DNA of 63,792 nt, counting the filler, from Octopus bimaculoides (lineage: Eukaryota): assembly GCF_001194135.2 (NCBI RefSeq). It is 6 parts of 5 records of this genome, joined end to end, with 100 filler letters (N's around TTAATTAATTAA, not from the genome) between each part and the next. Parts side by side here need not be neighbours in the genome. Positions count along the whole stretch, not along the records: positions 16,891 to 43,287 come from NC_068992.1; 5 more parts are not named here. One strand, written 5' to 3'. The translations under genes were made by a program, and so were the position numbers. The notes beneath the pieces are model-generated. The model made no database searches. It was given only the letters and a program-made list of their open reading frames with translations, and was not told the DNA's origin. Below, in pieces: positions 23,075 to 38,420 of this stretch; positions within the stretch are counted from its first letter, which is position 1; each line of letters begins with the position of its first letter.

Positions 23075-23555
23075 CTTTCTAACTTTCCTGGGCGTAAAAT
23101 TAATACAGCTGTCTTCGTCATTTGTTTTTCTGTAACTTTCAACAATTATGTATATNNNNNNNNNNNNNNNNNNNNNNNNNNNNNNNNNNNNNNNNNNNNN
23201 NNNNNNNNNNNNNNNNNNNNNNNNNNNNNNNNNNNNNNNNNNNNNNNNNNNNNNNNNNNNNNNNNNNNNNNNNNNNNNNNNNNNNNNNNNNNNNNNNNNN
23301 NNNNNNNNNNNNNNNNNNNNNNNNNNNNNNNNNNNNNNNNNNNNNNNNNNNNNNNNNNNNNNNNNNNNNNNNNNNNNNNNNNNNNNNNNNNNNNNNNNNN
23401 NNNNNNNNNNNNNNNNNNNNNNNNNNNNNNNNNNNNNNNNNNNNNNNNNNNNNNNNNNNNNNNNNNNNNNNNNNNNNNNNNNNNNNNNNNNNNNNNNNNN
23501 NNNNNNNNNNNNNNNNNNGTCAATGGGTGTGAGTATGTGTTAGCGTGTGTGTGTG

Positions 23556-23613
<58 letters not shown>

Positions 23614-23979
23614 GGCGTGTGTGTGTGTGTGCATGTGTAAGAAAATTTTCCTTCGGAAACAATTTTTGCAGTAAAGGTCTTTCCACGCTCGAGTGTACAC
23701 AAACTTGCTAAATATAATTGTACACATATACTGTAATCTACGCCGCTTCATCCACCTCTAGTTAATATACGTGTGTATAAACGTTCGTTTCTGTGTGTGC
23801 GCGTGTTTGTGTGCATTTAGTCGTCGATTTGTTTCTCGACATCAAAAGCAGATGTAATTTACTTCTCTATTTCAGCTTCAGTCTCAAGAATGAAAGGTAT
23901 CCTGGCATTTAGTTAATATTAACAATCATAATGATGTTTAGTTTTAAGTATGTGAAAATAGTTGACAATATGTGTCCAG

Positions 23980-24680
23980 CTGATGATGATGGGGTTAGCC
24001 GTACAGTGATTGCTGTTACTGAAGGTAATGGTATTGATGGTGGTGGTGGTGGTGATGTTAGTGGTGGTAGTGGTGGATTTCGGTGGTGACAATGATGGTG
24101 GTGGCGGACATGGCAACGATCATGTGCACGGCAGTAGTGGTGTTGTTTGTTAACCTGAAATTATCGGAGGTAATTTTGGTGTTGCTTGCAACAGCGGTAA
24201 TGGTAACAGCAGGCATAAATATACAAGATGTGAAAATCTTTCTTGTGACGATAGAAGACATGATGATGGTGGTTGCCCGGTGGTGACGGTGGTGATAGCA
24301 GTGGAGATGGAGGAGGTTGTCGTGGTTATCGCCGTAGTGGTTGTGACTGAATCTAATAAGGCCGGTTGTAATGACGAGTTTATGAAGTTACTCAAGTTAG
24401 TGTTATACTGGTAGAGGTGTGGTTCGTGACTGTGAACGTATATGGTGTGGTGCTGAAGAAAAGCCGTAGCACCGATGGTGATGGCGAATATATATATATA
24501 TGAATATGTTGTGTCGGTGGTAATGATGGCGGCGATTATAGTATTGGTTGTCAGGGATGTTATTAAGCTGGTAGTAATAGCGACGGCGAGGATGCCGTAA
24601 TTATGATTACTGTTGTAGCGCCTATAATAGCGATGGCACTTGGCGGAGAGGATTTGATGGTGGCAGTGATTCTGCTACAG
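23980..24680. repeat. GTG/GAT-rich low-complexity degenerate triplet region
   Basis: Direct reading; explains ORFs 23919-24395. Confidence 0.8.
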
Positions 24681-25297
24681 AAGCTACCGGCGCTACCTGT
24701 GAAAATGTGAAAAGGTTACCAGCAATTTGATAGATTTCGAAATGTCAAGTATGAAGGTAACTAAACTGAAAACTAGCTTAAAGTGCACGACAGACATACA
24801 TATGTGTAGAATGTAAATGCTGGGTGAGGACATCTCATCAGTAACTCATGAAATAGCATTTTCTTATTTACGATCTTTATTAACCATTGAATTAAATTTC
24901 ACAATGCAATTTTTTTTACAAAAGATAATTCAAATTCCAAAAGTAGGTTTTCTGACATCTTTTTTTAAAGATATTTTTTGATGTCTGTCACGATATCAAG
25001 TCGCTTAATATTTCGATTTGTCTATAAATATACGTAGGACTAAAAACATCAGTTTTGACATGTATTGAAGTGTTATCCCTACATATCCGTCTGTGAAGCT
25101 TTTATAATTTTTTTTTTTTCTCTTCGCAATCATTCTGGCATTAAATTCATGATGAATCCTTCAACCGTCTTTCCGTTTGACATGAAAAATCCTTCAAACA
25201 TCTATTTTTACATCCTCCATTTCTACATCCATACATGTATGTGTAAGTACATTCACATGGATACATACATACACATATATATTTATATATGTATGTC

Positions 25298-25355
<58 letters not shown>

Positions 25356-25420
25356 CACACATATATACATACATATATATATAATTATATACATAGATGT
25401 ATATATATGTATATGTGTGA

Positions 25421-25504
<84 letters not shown>

Positions 25505-25544
25505 NNNNNNNNNNNNNNNNNNNNNNNNNNNNNNNNNNNNNNNN

Positions 25545-25577
<33 letters not shown>

Positions 25578-25806
25578 AGAGAGAGGGAGAGGGAGAGACA
25601 TATACACATCACATGTATGCTTGATGCACGATGGAGGGGGAATAGACTATAATGCATGATCATATATAGGTATTTATTTTTGAATCCGCAAAACGTTACA
25701 CAAGAGATGAAAAATGCAAGAAATCAATGTTCGTACACTTGTTGCATTTGCACTTTTACACTCCTCCCAGTTAAGTAATATATAAGTAAACGTGTGTGTT
25801 TGTGTA

Positions 25807-25838
<32 letters not shown>

Positions 25839-26272
25839 TGCGTGCGTGTCTGCATGTATGTATGCGTGTGTACTTGTGTGTCTGTACGTACATGTATGTA
25901 TATGTGTGCGTGTATACATGTGTGTATGTATGTGTACATGTGTGATTGTATGTACCAGTATGTATATGTATGCGCATGTGTGTATGTGCACGTGTGCGCG
26001 TGCCCGTATGTGTGTGTATGTACACTCTTTTCTATATTGAATTGGATTCTTCCTGTAAGGAAGGCATTGGTTTCTGCCAAAGATTGCATCGTTGAAATAA
26101 AGACAACAAACAAAAAAAAATACAAATTTTGAATTTGAGAAAAGTCTTGCACATTTTTACTCTTCCGATTATAGATTGCATTACAAATTATTAACTGGAT
26201 AATTGTTTTTTTGCAAACACTTATTTTTCCAGATTGTCACTGAGTATGTATGTATGCATATATGTATGTATC

Positions 26273-26314
<42 letters not shown>

Positions 26315-26554
26315 GATAAATATATATATATATATATATATATNNNNNNNNNNCGCATCATGTGTGTGTCTTGGGTTTGATGATGATGATGATGATAATA
26401 ATTATTGTTGTTGTTGTTGTTATTGTTGCTAAAATTATTAATTTTATTATTATTATTGTTATGATTATTATTACTATTATTATTAGCAGTATTGTTGTCC
26501 TTGTTCTTGTTCCTGTTGGTGGTGATGTTGGTGTTATTACAACAAATTCATAAC

Positions 26555-26565
26555 AATGTTGCTCT

Positions 26566-26644
<79 letters not shown>

Positions 26645-26660
26645 ATTACTATTATTATAA
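26555..26660. repeat. Compound (TAC)n-(TGC)n microsatellite
   Basis: Direct reading. Confidence 0.9.
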
Positions 26661-27269
26661 ACATATGAGGTATATTCAATATTGACAGAAATGCGAATTT
26701 GAATGATTTCGTAAAATGCTAATTGCAGCTGCGCACGGATCGGAAATTGGAGTGGATTTCTCTGGCATTCATGTTTTTTTTCAATGGTTACCAATGAAAT
26801 GCCAGTGTTGTATGAAACACAACAAAACCCATATTTATTCCATCGTGTAAAGAATTCAAAATTGAAATGCTATCATGTTGCGTTGCGTTTTATTATTTCA
26901 CAGAAACGCAATGGAAGAAAGGAAAACGGGAAGAAAGCAAAACAAAAGTAATTTCCTCCCTCACGTAGGTCAATAACATGCACCATTGAATGCATAACTC
27001 CTCCCATTGATCCAACATCTCTATCCTCGTGTCACAGTGACCAGCCTAGTAAATAAAGGCTGCCATTTATTATTAAGGTTTATCTATATGTTGGGAAGCA
27101 CTGAATTGGCAGATTAGTTTCAGGCTTCTGATAGAACACTTTGAGGTATTTGATTCAGTTCAGTTCTCTGCACTTTGAGTTCAAATACAGCCGATGTTCT
27201 CTTTACCTTCCTTTTCACCAGAAACAATAAATAATGCAACAGCAAATTACAGGGATTGATTTTTAACTC

Positions 27270-27278
27270 TCATCTCTT

Positions 27279-27339
<61 letters not shown>

Positions 27340-27466
27340 TTCGCTCCCTGTTTCCCCTCACACTCTATCTTTCTTTGCTTCCATTTCTCTCTCTCAGAAT
27401 TGGCTCTCACCACTCTCTCACCACCTCTCTCTCATCACCTCTCTCTCATCACCTCTCTCTCATCAC

Positions 27467-27503
<37 letters not shown>

Positions 27504-27674
27504 AGTCTCTCTCGGTTTGCCACTATCTCTCTCTCTCTCAGAATCGGCTTCTCTCCCTCTCTCGTCTCTCTGTCTCTCTCTCCCCACCTCTCTGGCACTC
27601 TTCCTCCGTGTCTCTGTCTCTGTCTGTCACTCTCTCTCTCTCTTTCTGTCATTCTCTCTTTCTGTCATTCTCTC

Positions 27675-27742
<68 letters not shown>
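27270..27742. repeat. (CT)n polypyrimidine tract with internal short repeats (ctctcatcacct)
   Basis: Direct reading. Confidence 0.95.
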
Positions 27743-29680
27743 AGAGATAACGTAAGAGTATGCCAAAGGATGTAGCAAAATCACTCGTACTATATTTTCT
27801 ACAGATATTGGGATGTGTTGAATGAGGTATTAAAAATCCCTTTTGGCAAGAAAATATACATGTCGTTAAGGTCTTCTAAGAAAAGCGTGACATACAGAAC
27901 TCAACAGAGAGGAAATAAGGAAAACAAGACCATTGCGTAAAAACCGAAATTTTTGCGAAATATAACCGAGGACCTTACAATTGATACATCCCTTTAGCCA
28001 TAATAAATTCAAGTGTTATATAGCAGAGGAGAGAGCGCTAAGCAGCGAAGTGTATAACTGTAATGCTATTATAAGTTCCAGGGTGCGTGTGGCACGCTTG
28101 GTCTCGTAAATAGGCCATTCACTGTGTTTTGTCATGAAGAAAGTTTCTTGCTGCATTCGTTTTATATAGCAAGAAGGCCATGCGAGAAATATACCTTCTC
28201 AATAGGAAATTGTAGATGAATTTGATCTAAACAAATTCTTCATTGAGAGGAAATTTCATAAATATTTTTAGTGGCGTCTAATGGATTAGACGCCAGGGGC
28301 AAATATTTCAAAAACCGATTTATAATTTGCTTAATCTCTCATGAAATTTTAATCTACGAAAGAGAAATATAATTATTAATATAAAAGGATAGTAATTTTC
28401 ATGGAAGGGCGCCCTGAGACATAGAATTTGTTTCAAAAGTTTTCCAATTGTGCAAACGTTCGAAAACACTGCTCAGTATAGCCGTTTAACATACTACTAC
28501 AAGAAAACAGAAAACTCACACTCAATTAACACATTACTGTGTTTAAAAAGCGAAGCGTACGTTGTATAATGCTTTCATTATATAATGTTTCATGAATACA
28601 TGTCTTAAAATAAGGTGGAATATTCATAGCCGCAACACTTCGAATGCAACTTAAACGGAGTGATTCTTTCACTGAGAAATAAAATTTCACGTTAATTCCT
28701 CTGTTGACATTAAATATCTACTAAACAAAGAACTGGTATTTTCCGCAAGATATGTTGCCACACTAAACTTGACATAGCTCAATAGAAAATAGTTTCAAAT
28801 ATAACATTACTCGACAAAAGTTAAATTGGTATATGAAACTTCTTTCTGCAGTTAACTGGAAAGGAAATTTTCGATAAACATATCTGAGTTTCGTAGTGAA
28901 AATGTTAAATAGAAAAAAGTTTATTTACAATAAATATAATATTTTCAAATCGCAGTCCCTTTTGTAATAGTGTTGATATAGAGCAATCAACGTCGTACTA
29001 TAGATTAACGAATCCATTCCGGTAGAACTACCATTTACGGTGGGGAAACTTTAGTATTTGCGATGCGCTGCCAGCAAGTCGTGCAAAGTATGTTTGTCTT
29101 CGATTCCGTATTAAAACTACATTTATTTATTTCACTAATATCTACATTCGAGAAATAAACGTGCCGAGTATATGCATTTGGTTTTAAGTGAGATGTATTT
29201 TTGGAGGCTTGTTCGTAATTAAAAAATATGACAGCCATGACAATTGCTCTTCAAGATGTAGATACAAACTAACGTCTTAATACATACTGTGACAGGTACA
29301 TAACATGTGGAGATACAGAAGTAAGAATAGAGGTATCTACTTTATTCATATCTCAATGTCGTTGTTTGCAACCAACCAATACACATTATCAAGACGAAAA
29401 AAATTATATGTTGAAGCAGTAAAGAAAAGAGCAGCAAGACATCGTAAATAAACTTGTGTTTGAGATTACTTTTCTATAACTAATGACAGTTTCCGAATAT
29501 CTCTGATAACGTCGACGAATTCTTATTTCTAAGATATGACATTCACAACAATATAAATTATGTAGGTAGTTGTGGAAGGGAGAAAACATAGAAAGCATTG
29601 TTGGATACAAAGCTTAACATTGGGGGTTTATATGAATACAAGCATAGCAAAAACTACACATATATATGCATATATATATG

Positions 29681-29716
<36 letters not shown>

Positions 29717-29875
29717 NNNNNNNNNNNNNNNNNNNNNNNNNNNNNNNNNNNNNNNNNNNNNNNNNNNNNNNNNNNNNNNNNNNNNNNNNNNATATATACA
29801 CATTCACATGCAATTATTTTCATATATACATATACATATATATATATATATATATGTATGCATATACAGTTCTTG

Positions 29876-29918
<43 letters not shown>

Positions 29919-30017
29919 TGTGTTTGTGTGTGAGTGTGTGTTTGTGTATTGTATATATTTTTCTTTATATATATTTTACAATTTGTATGCAACGGTTGAC
30001 TAGACAGGCAGACGGTC

Positions 30018-30128
<111 letters not shown>

Positions 30129-31510
30129 AACACATTTACACTTATAACTAGCTATCACAATATATCGCTTCCAATATTTAAGTAATTTATACTGCAATGT
30201 TGAGCAAATTGAGTTTACTAAATCTACCTGTGTTGAAATCTGTGTACGCTACAAACGACTATAAACAAATAGTCTCTTTGTGGTTAGGAATTCCTAACAG
30301 GACTCTCATTAACCTGCTTATAAACTATGAAGCTAGTATTTTAGATTTGGTTTGACTTGCAAATGCAATTTGGAAGGCGGAGACTGTTCGGAATCCAGCC
30401 ATGTACATTTAAATGTGTGTGTGTGAAGTATATTTGTACTTCTGTATAGATATCTGAATTTTGAAGCCGGAAGATAAGTGGGATCCTGTGGTATATGTAT
30501 ATGTGTGTGCGTTTTTGTGCTTGAGTTTGTTCCTTGTATACCACGTGACAAACGTTGTTGATTTTTTACGTTTCCTAACTTAGCATTTCGGCAAAACACC
30601 TGATTAAATATGTAATAGACTTAAAATAAATTCTGGGATTGATTTGTTTCACTAAACTCCTTTAATGCGATGCCCTGTCATGGAATCGCACCTATGTCCT
30701 AAATAAGTAAAAGGTAAACGCTGTGTATGTTAACCAATTGTTGAAATTTGTGTCTGATTGGACTAAGTACTGTGATCAGTATGATAAAGTAAAAATATCT
30801 GAAGATGAGTGTCCAGGCGGACGGCAGTCCTGTTATTAAAACCTTTGAAAATATGACTACGTACCTTGGAATACACTAAAAATGGGAAAATAATAAATCA
30901 ATGTATGTAAGTAGGGAGTTGTAGATTTCTTGACGTATTATATTGAAGGAAATGGAAAATAGAAATTACTCCGAGAGATTCGTATAATGCAAAGAGAGAA
31001 TTAATATTTTATAAGTTCCATCCGTTTTGAATGGCTCCCCCATCTACAGAAGAAAAAACAGAGAATTATTGTAGTTTAGAGTGTGACCATGCAGTTTCAA
31101 ATAATTGTTTGACTGTTTGCCTCTAAAGATGAGTAAATCACCTGAAATATTTATAAAACTTCAAGTTATTTCTCTACTTGTTTTCAACACAGACAGTATA
31201 CTTCACTCCTTCGAAGCTTGTAGTTCATTCACTCACTGCACTGGTTCATGCAACGCAACAAGACATCGTTCAGGTAACAAAAATATTCAATCGACTAAAG
31301 ATTTCACCTTTCCAGAAATTGATGTTGACTGGAAGACGTAAGAAACGTAGAGAGAGACTTTTTTTCAAAACTAGAGTTAAATCTATTCGAGAAAATGTTT
31401 CAAATAAGCAATAACAATTGCAAATTGGAAGATATTTATAAGCCATTTAAAAACACACAAAAACCGCTAGAATCACTTTTCAACATTAAAATTTAATTTT
31501 GTCAAAATAT

Positions 31511-31724
31511 TTTCTTATCTTTACTCTAGGCACAAGGCCTAAAATTTTGGGGGAGAAGTCAATCGATCAGATCGACCCCAGTACGCAACTGGTACTTAAT
31601 TTATCGATCCCGAAAGGATGAAAGGCAAAGTCGACTTCGGTGGAACTTGAACTCAGAACGTAAAGACAGACGAAATACCGCTATGTATTGCGCCTGGCGT
31701 ACTAATGTTTCTGCCAACTCGCCC
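31511..31724 (-). mobile_element. Full-length tRNA-derived SINE (family 2)
   Basis: Minus: ggcgagttggcagaaacattag..ttctgagttcaagttccacc (B-box-like)..aagtaccagttgcgtactggggtcgat. Related copies at 1850, ~27105, 35499, ~36770 and 41765. Confidence 0.85.
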
Positions 31725-33616
31725 CTGTTGTCAAAATATTTTCGACGTTTGAGTCTGTGTTCACATCCCCACAACCTAGTGGTTCAGCTAAATGGAATGA
31801 TAGGAAAAGTACCAGGATTTTTAAAATAAGTACTGGGGTTGATTTATTCGACTAAAATATTCTCCAAAGCGGTGACCCAGACTAAAAGAAATAAAATATA
31901 AGATATATATATATGCGTTTGTGTGTGTATATGTGTGTGTGGTTTGTATGTACATACAGGACGTTCTCTTCCTCCTCCCTCTCTCCCTCCCTACATACAT
32001 ACATACGTATGTATGACCGTGTGTGTATATTACGAGGGAGGGAGAGAGAGTTTTCTTTGCTATCTACTTTTACCAAAGTATGTATTTTATCTTCTCACAA
32101 ATCCAACGTTAAAATAATTAATTTTAGAAATATCACGGTTTATTGAAAGAATAATCCCGAATATGTGCTACAATATTAAACGGTAGTTTTGTATTTCCAT
32201 TTGCAATCATCAAATATTTCCATAGATTAACTCCCTATGCAAAAATGAATATTTTATAAAATCATAATACAAATATTTGCAAAGCCAGTAAATATAAATT
32301 ATATTCTTTTTTTATTGATCTTTTCAATATTTTCAGAAATGCATTGGTATTTCGATCTTGCATTTTAAAAGGAAACGAATATTAATATTTACAAATTGTA
32401 AGAGAATCTGCAATAATAGAGATGGAAATCCATCTCAGAATTTTGTATCTACGTTTTGTTATTCGTATTCTATCCGATATTTTATCCGAAATTCAGTATT
32501 TTACTCTATTTCTGTAGAATACAGTGAAAAAATGTGTTATAAAAGATATCACTGCATTGAAAGATCAAGATGCCATTTGCCATCAGAAAACAATCCAAAA
32601 ACAGTTTTACACAGTTATCAAAACTAGTGTTAGAACATTCGAAAACAGATTTCATATAAGAATATTCATAAAACAGATTAAAATAGCAATTCCTATCTAC
32701 ATTTAGGAGCACAGACCCTAGATTTGAATAATTTGGTGAATGTCGCAGAACTGATACTGCTGCTCAATATTTTAGAATAGTGCTAAAGAAGAAAATTTTA
32801 AAGGCATCCGTAAATTTCATTGGTGGAAAATTACTTTTGGTGGAGCAATATCATCGCATGTACGCTATGATTAAGTATTGTCACTGACACGCATGAGAAG
32901 GATTATTACTTCATTTATTTTTAGGAATTAACGTTATATGTTTCCGACGTCTGTTTACGAGGAGTAATTGAATGTCAACACATGACTGTTCATCAATTGA
33001 AAACATTTGCGTGATTCCTTTCAGCCTAGTAAAAAGAAAAGAAGTGAAATCTAGTGCAGTAACCGGGAATCCCGTGTGATTGGTAACAACGATCGTCGCT
33101 TTAATCATTCACGATTTGGATTTATTTATATCCTCGGAATTCATTCAAAATGCTACAACGGGCGTGACACAAGACGTCTCTATCAATTACCGACAGTCGA
33201 GAATTATCTCAGGGACGGTACGTATATTAATCCCAACAAATATATGGTGAGTAATCTTCTGCTTTGGAAGGTTGAAATGGTGAGAGTATCAACACAATTT
33301 ATTGACAATGACGATTTCATATTTCATTAGTCTCTGGGCCATAACTGTAGACAAAAGAAAGTTTTAAATTTAAAAAAAAAGGAAGTATACAGACCTCGTT
33401 GCCGAGAATATGACACAAATGCAATCTTAAAAAACACTATTTTGTGTTGCAACATTGAAAAAATAAATAAAGATCATCCACTTTACTTCTACTTGAGAAT
33501 TCCAATAATGGATTTTTTGTTGTTTTTTTTTTAATCAGTAATCGAAAAGTTTAGCAGACTTTCTTTAATCGATAATGTAGCATATTACTAATGTAGAGTC
33601 GTCGAATGTCCAGATC

Positions 33617-34070
33617 GGCGCAGACGTTGCTACGTGGTTAGAAGTTTGCTTCAGAATCACATGGTTCTGGGTTCAGTCCCAGTGCGTGGCAGCTTGGACA
33701 AGTCTCTTCTAATATAGCCTCGGGCCGATCAAAGCCTTCTGAGTGGATTTGGTAGACAGAAACTGAAAGAGGCCCGGCGTATATATGCATATGTATGAGT
33801 GTGTGCATGTGTCCTTCTCTCCGTGTTTGAACACCCCCACCCCCACCCCACCACCANNNNNNNNNNCACCACCACTACTTGACAACTGGTGTTGAGGTGT
33901 TTACGTCTCCGTAATGTTAAGTTTCGGCAAAAGTGGTCGATAGAATGGGTAGTGGGCTTAAAAAAACAAATAAGAAAGGGGGCGATTCGTTCGACTAAAA
34001 TTCTTTCAGTCGGTACCCCAGCATGGTCGCAGTCTAATGACTGAAACAAGTAAAAAGTATAAGATAAAAT
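33617..34070 (+). mobile_element. Full-length SINE family 1
   Basis: Collinear with 5323-5910 from head to (aagtaaaaag) tail. Confidence 0.88.
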
Positions 34071-35498
34071 ATATAATGGAGCGTCGGAAGAAATGCCTGG
34101 TGGTATTTTTCTGCCTCCTTGGGTTCTGATTTGAAATCATGCAGAGTCCAGCTTTTATGTAATTTATCGACGATGGTCCATGAATTAAGTATTCTATAAA
34201 ATTAATCTATGAATGATATTTGATAAATTATATACTAACTTAGAGTAGGGGACTAGCGAAGTAAATAGAGCTCCAGAAAGGATAACTTGCAATATTTAGT
34301 CGAGCTTTTGGCTTACTGATTACTAATCTCGTTGAAGCCTATTTTAACACCGCTAATTAGCCCTAATCTGACCTTATAAAAGCCTACTCTGTTGCAAGCA
34401 TTTGAACCTAGTACCGGAATTAAATATACTTTCTTCTTTCCCTTCCACCAGACTCCGACTCTTCCACAAAACATTATTCCCTTCCACTGAAATTTGCAGA
34501 TGTTAAGACTTTTTTCAGACTTTACCAGTATTCTATACGATTAAAAAGTGATAGCACATCTGCTCCTATATCTAAAATAACTTTTAAATTAGAGACTATA
34601 TTGTTTGGATGTTGAATAGCAATTATAATTTTCAGTTGTTTCGGGATAATTCTCTAATGCTCCAGCTTTCATTTTCATAACTGTGTAAACTTCTTAAAGA
34701 TTTTCCAATGGGAAATGGTTTCTCTATCTTGAAAGGTTAAATTTTAGAACAGATATCTTTTTTCTTTTTTCTGCAGAAATTAGTTGTAATGGTGAATATG
34801 AAATAGAAAGAGATATAATGCGAAGAAGAGAACATAGCCATAAATTGACAGTATTTCCACTACTATCGGCAGGAGAATTGTAAATATGTTGAATAAGTCT
34901 CTGGCTTGTAGTACACCATACATTGCATATGGTAGTAGTGGTGAAAAGAGGTCCTCTCTAACAGGTTTGTGGGGGGGGGGGGTATTTGTGTGTGTGTTTG
35001 ATGCTCCAAAGCTTAAGTTCCTGGATACTCCGGTAATTAAGATTATGCATAACACACGTCTTTGGCTTCATTAAATATTTAGTATTTATACTTAACGAGT
35101 ACAACATTGGTTGAGGATTTATTACTTCGTAAATATCTATGAAACTTGAAACAATCATAGTTAAGTGTTTGCTAAGAGATGTAAGGAAACAAATATATGA
35201 CAGAATTTTCGTACAATTACCTGCTGAATTATTGCGCATTTATGTAAATTTGATTAGCTTCATACAAAGGTGTGCAGGCTTCGGGAAAGGAAACCTGTAA
35301 ATTTACATTAATGGATATTAACACCGAAAGAGAAGTTAAATCTTTTCAATAGGAAATCCTTTCCTCCCCTCCTCAGTTACCGCTTCCCCTATGCAGGGAA
35401 ATTACATCTTATTCTACTGCACTCCCAAGTAGCACATTTATCATGAATTCGTAGAGTCGTTAAGAATTCCACGCAATACTTTGTTCCACCTTAAAACA

Positions 35499-35670
35499 TC
35501 GATCTGGCAGAATCGTTAACACACCGATCAAAGTTCTTAGCAACATATCTATTTTTACTATCTGGGTTCAAATTCCACCGAGGTTGAATTTACCTTTCAT
35601 CCTTTCGAAGTCGATACAAGAAATATTAGTTGAATACTAGGGTTGATGTAATCAACTAACCTCTTCTCTC
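35499..35670 (+). mobile_element. SINE family 2, diverged
   Basis: ctggcagaatcgtta..gggttcaaattccaccgaggttgaatttacctttcatcctttcg matches the reverse complement of 31511-31724. Confidence 0.7.
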
Positions 35671-38348
35671 TTTATTTATCAACCTCGCAAGTGTTTACAC
35701 TAAGAGTTCAGAGAGCCGGAACGATTTTCCAGAACGATTTGCCGTAGCCTAATCGCTCCATCGTTTTAATGCTTCTGCAAATTTGACGCCCAAGCTATTA
35801 ATCCATTCACCAGAATAAGATTTTAAAGTGAAGAATGATGAAAATATTTCCTGTTGTTGATTATGTCCCTTTAGTGTGGTAAATTGAAATCTCAGACAGA
35901 TAGGTCCCAAGGTCAATGCAACAAGTAAGTGCATGCTCTGGAATCATTTCGATCAAGTTTACGATTTATATACACATTTCTAACTAACTTCGTGCCAGAG
36001 TTAGAAATCAGGATTAAATCTTTTGCAGCTGTGAATGCCTTGAACCGCGTCAGTTTGCAGGAATTTCTATGTCTAACGTAAGGTTGTGTGCAAAAAAAAA
36101 TCCGACAGCAAAGTTATTTGTGAATATTACTGAGCTATTCTAAAGGATAAGTTATACATGTTGTAAGATACTGTCGATTAACAAAGATAAAATTGTATTA
36201 TTTTGTGGTGACAGAATTAAACCTAAATTTGCTAAAAAAGAATATCATTACGTTTTAATGTTTTACCATTTTCTGCACACAAAGGTAAATAAATATAGAG
36301 ACAGACAGAGTGAAAAACGGATAGAAAGACACGGAATACAAAGTAGAACAAAATGTTCAACACAGGAAGTGCCAAGAAAATATTTGTACACTGATCTCTT
36401 ATGATGTATACTCATAAGTAAATCACAGCAGTACGTATTGCTTTTATCAAAACTTGTTTGAGTGACAATAAAAATGGATGAATGTAGAATTTGAGCTCTG
36501 AACATAAAGAAAATCGCACTTAAACAACGGTAGGGTAGATTCTCTTTCTGTTTCGAAGATTATTTATTAGGCTGTTCCAACAACTGAATATCTCATCTTG
36601 AAATTATCCAGTGAGAGGTTACATATGTTACTCACGTGCGTACTTTTAACGCAATCATTAGGCCTAATTAGCATGAGAATACTGGAAGTTAATTTTACAA
36701 GTGCTGTCAAGAGAGAGAGAATGTGGGAGCGAATCTATCAAAGGACTTGATTGGTTTTATTTTAACGATGGTCAAAAGTAACTGACAAAATTTTTTCTGT
36801 CAGGATTTGAACTGAGAGCGTAGATGACCAGACAAAATTCCATATGGAATTCTATTCGAGTATCTGATTTATCTACCGAGCATTTAGATAGGATCTCTGC
36901 CACACTATTGGCTCATCCGCAAAGCTAATTTTGATATCTTACTTCAATATAATCGAAAAGACGTATAAAGGCGTGAAATTATAGTAGGTTAATGTCTCTT
37001 CCCCAAGAATATTAGTGGCACAAGTGAAGTGAAATAATTGAAATATCTCCAACTGGCATTCAAAACTAGTTGCAAAAATTGGTTCACTAAAAACTAGCTT
37101 CTCGCTCTACATCACTCACCAGTTATTCCAACCTCAAATTTAAAATAGATTTAACAAATGTCGTTTGTTTAGTTATGGTAGATCTAAATTTGGTTTCTAT
37201 ATGCAAACCTAATCATAAGAGATTTAGGTAGCTTTTGATTTCAAAAATATTGCTTCTATACTCGCTAGCAAATTTTAATGATGTTTCTTTTATCTATGCC
37301 AGTGAGGTTGGTCTAGATTTCACCCTGAAGTTACACACATTAAAACGTTGGAAAGCACGCATACTAAACACGCTTACAGCCAACTTAGAAATAGGTGGCT
37401 GCATAGAATAAACTAGTTTGTAACGAACAGAGCAGTCATGCTGCTGAGTTATATATAAAAGTCACAATTTTCCATCGCTAATTCGGAACTTTGAACAGTC
37501 AATTGCTGGAAGAGATAGCTATTTTCGTCAGATTTCTCACTAAATGTGCGGAAAAGCCTAACCTTACACTGTCATGCATTTTCATTTGTATACGTATAAA
37601 CTACGTTGCTTTTGATATCATCGATACGTTTATTCAACAAATTGCGCTGGAATTTACTTAGTACTCAGTGCCGAATACCAAACTGCCGATAACAATCATG
37701 TCGCTCATCGGTTTTACGTGCCGTTTAATTCGCTGAATTGGTATGATTATGAGATAAATAGACATGTTGTCAGATGAAAGATCCGATAAAGATGAAAATA
37801 AATTAGTTTCCATTTTCTTCCTTCAACTCAACCGCTTGCTTTTGAAGTCATTTTTCGAATAACAAATGAAAGCCATAAAATATGACTATACCTCGTGTGT
37901 GCATGTATATATCTGCATAAAAATAGACATACCTCTTACACACGCATAGAAATGCATGTATACACACACATATATATATACATAGATATATATNNNNNNN
38001 NNNNNNNNNNNNNNNNNNNNNNNNNNNNNNNNNNNNNNNNNNNNNNNNNNNNNNNNNNNNNNNNNNNNNNNNNNNNNNNNNNNNNNNNNNNNNNNNNNNN
38101 NNNNNNNNNNNNNNNNNNNTATATATATATATATGCTAAACCCTATCATCACGAATATACATATACATGAATACACACACATGCGCATATGTGCATACAT
38201 AAACATTAATATTCACATATACTTAGTTCTATATGTACGTTCATATACATATATGTATATTAAAATATATATTATGCATATATGTATATATATATACAAA
38301 CATATGCACACACACGAACACACGCACATACACACATACACACATACA

Positions 38349-38420
<72 letters not shown>

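Noticed and set aside
26760-26810. Short hairpin ctggcatt..aatgccag
   Set aside because: An 8-bp stem with a poorly paired interior; expected by chance.
32030-32045. tacgaggg, a mariner-TIR-like start
   Set aside because: No partner TIR or transposase nearby; it runs into a GA repeat.
32519-33330. Unique-looking ORFs and donor sites (cg|gtacgt, tg|gtgagt)
   Set aside because: No recognisable protein motif or consistent acceptor-donor frame.
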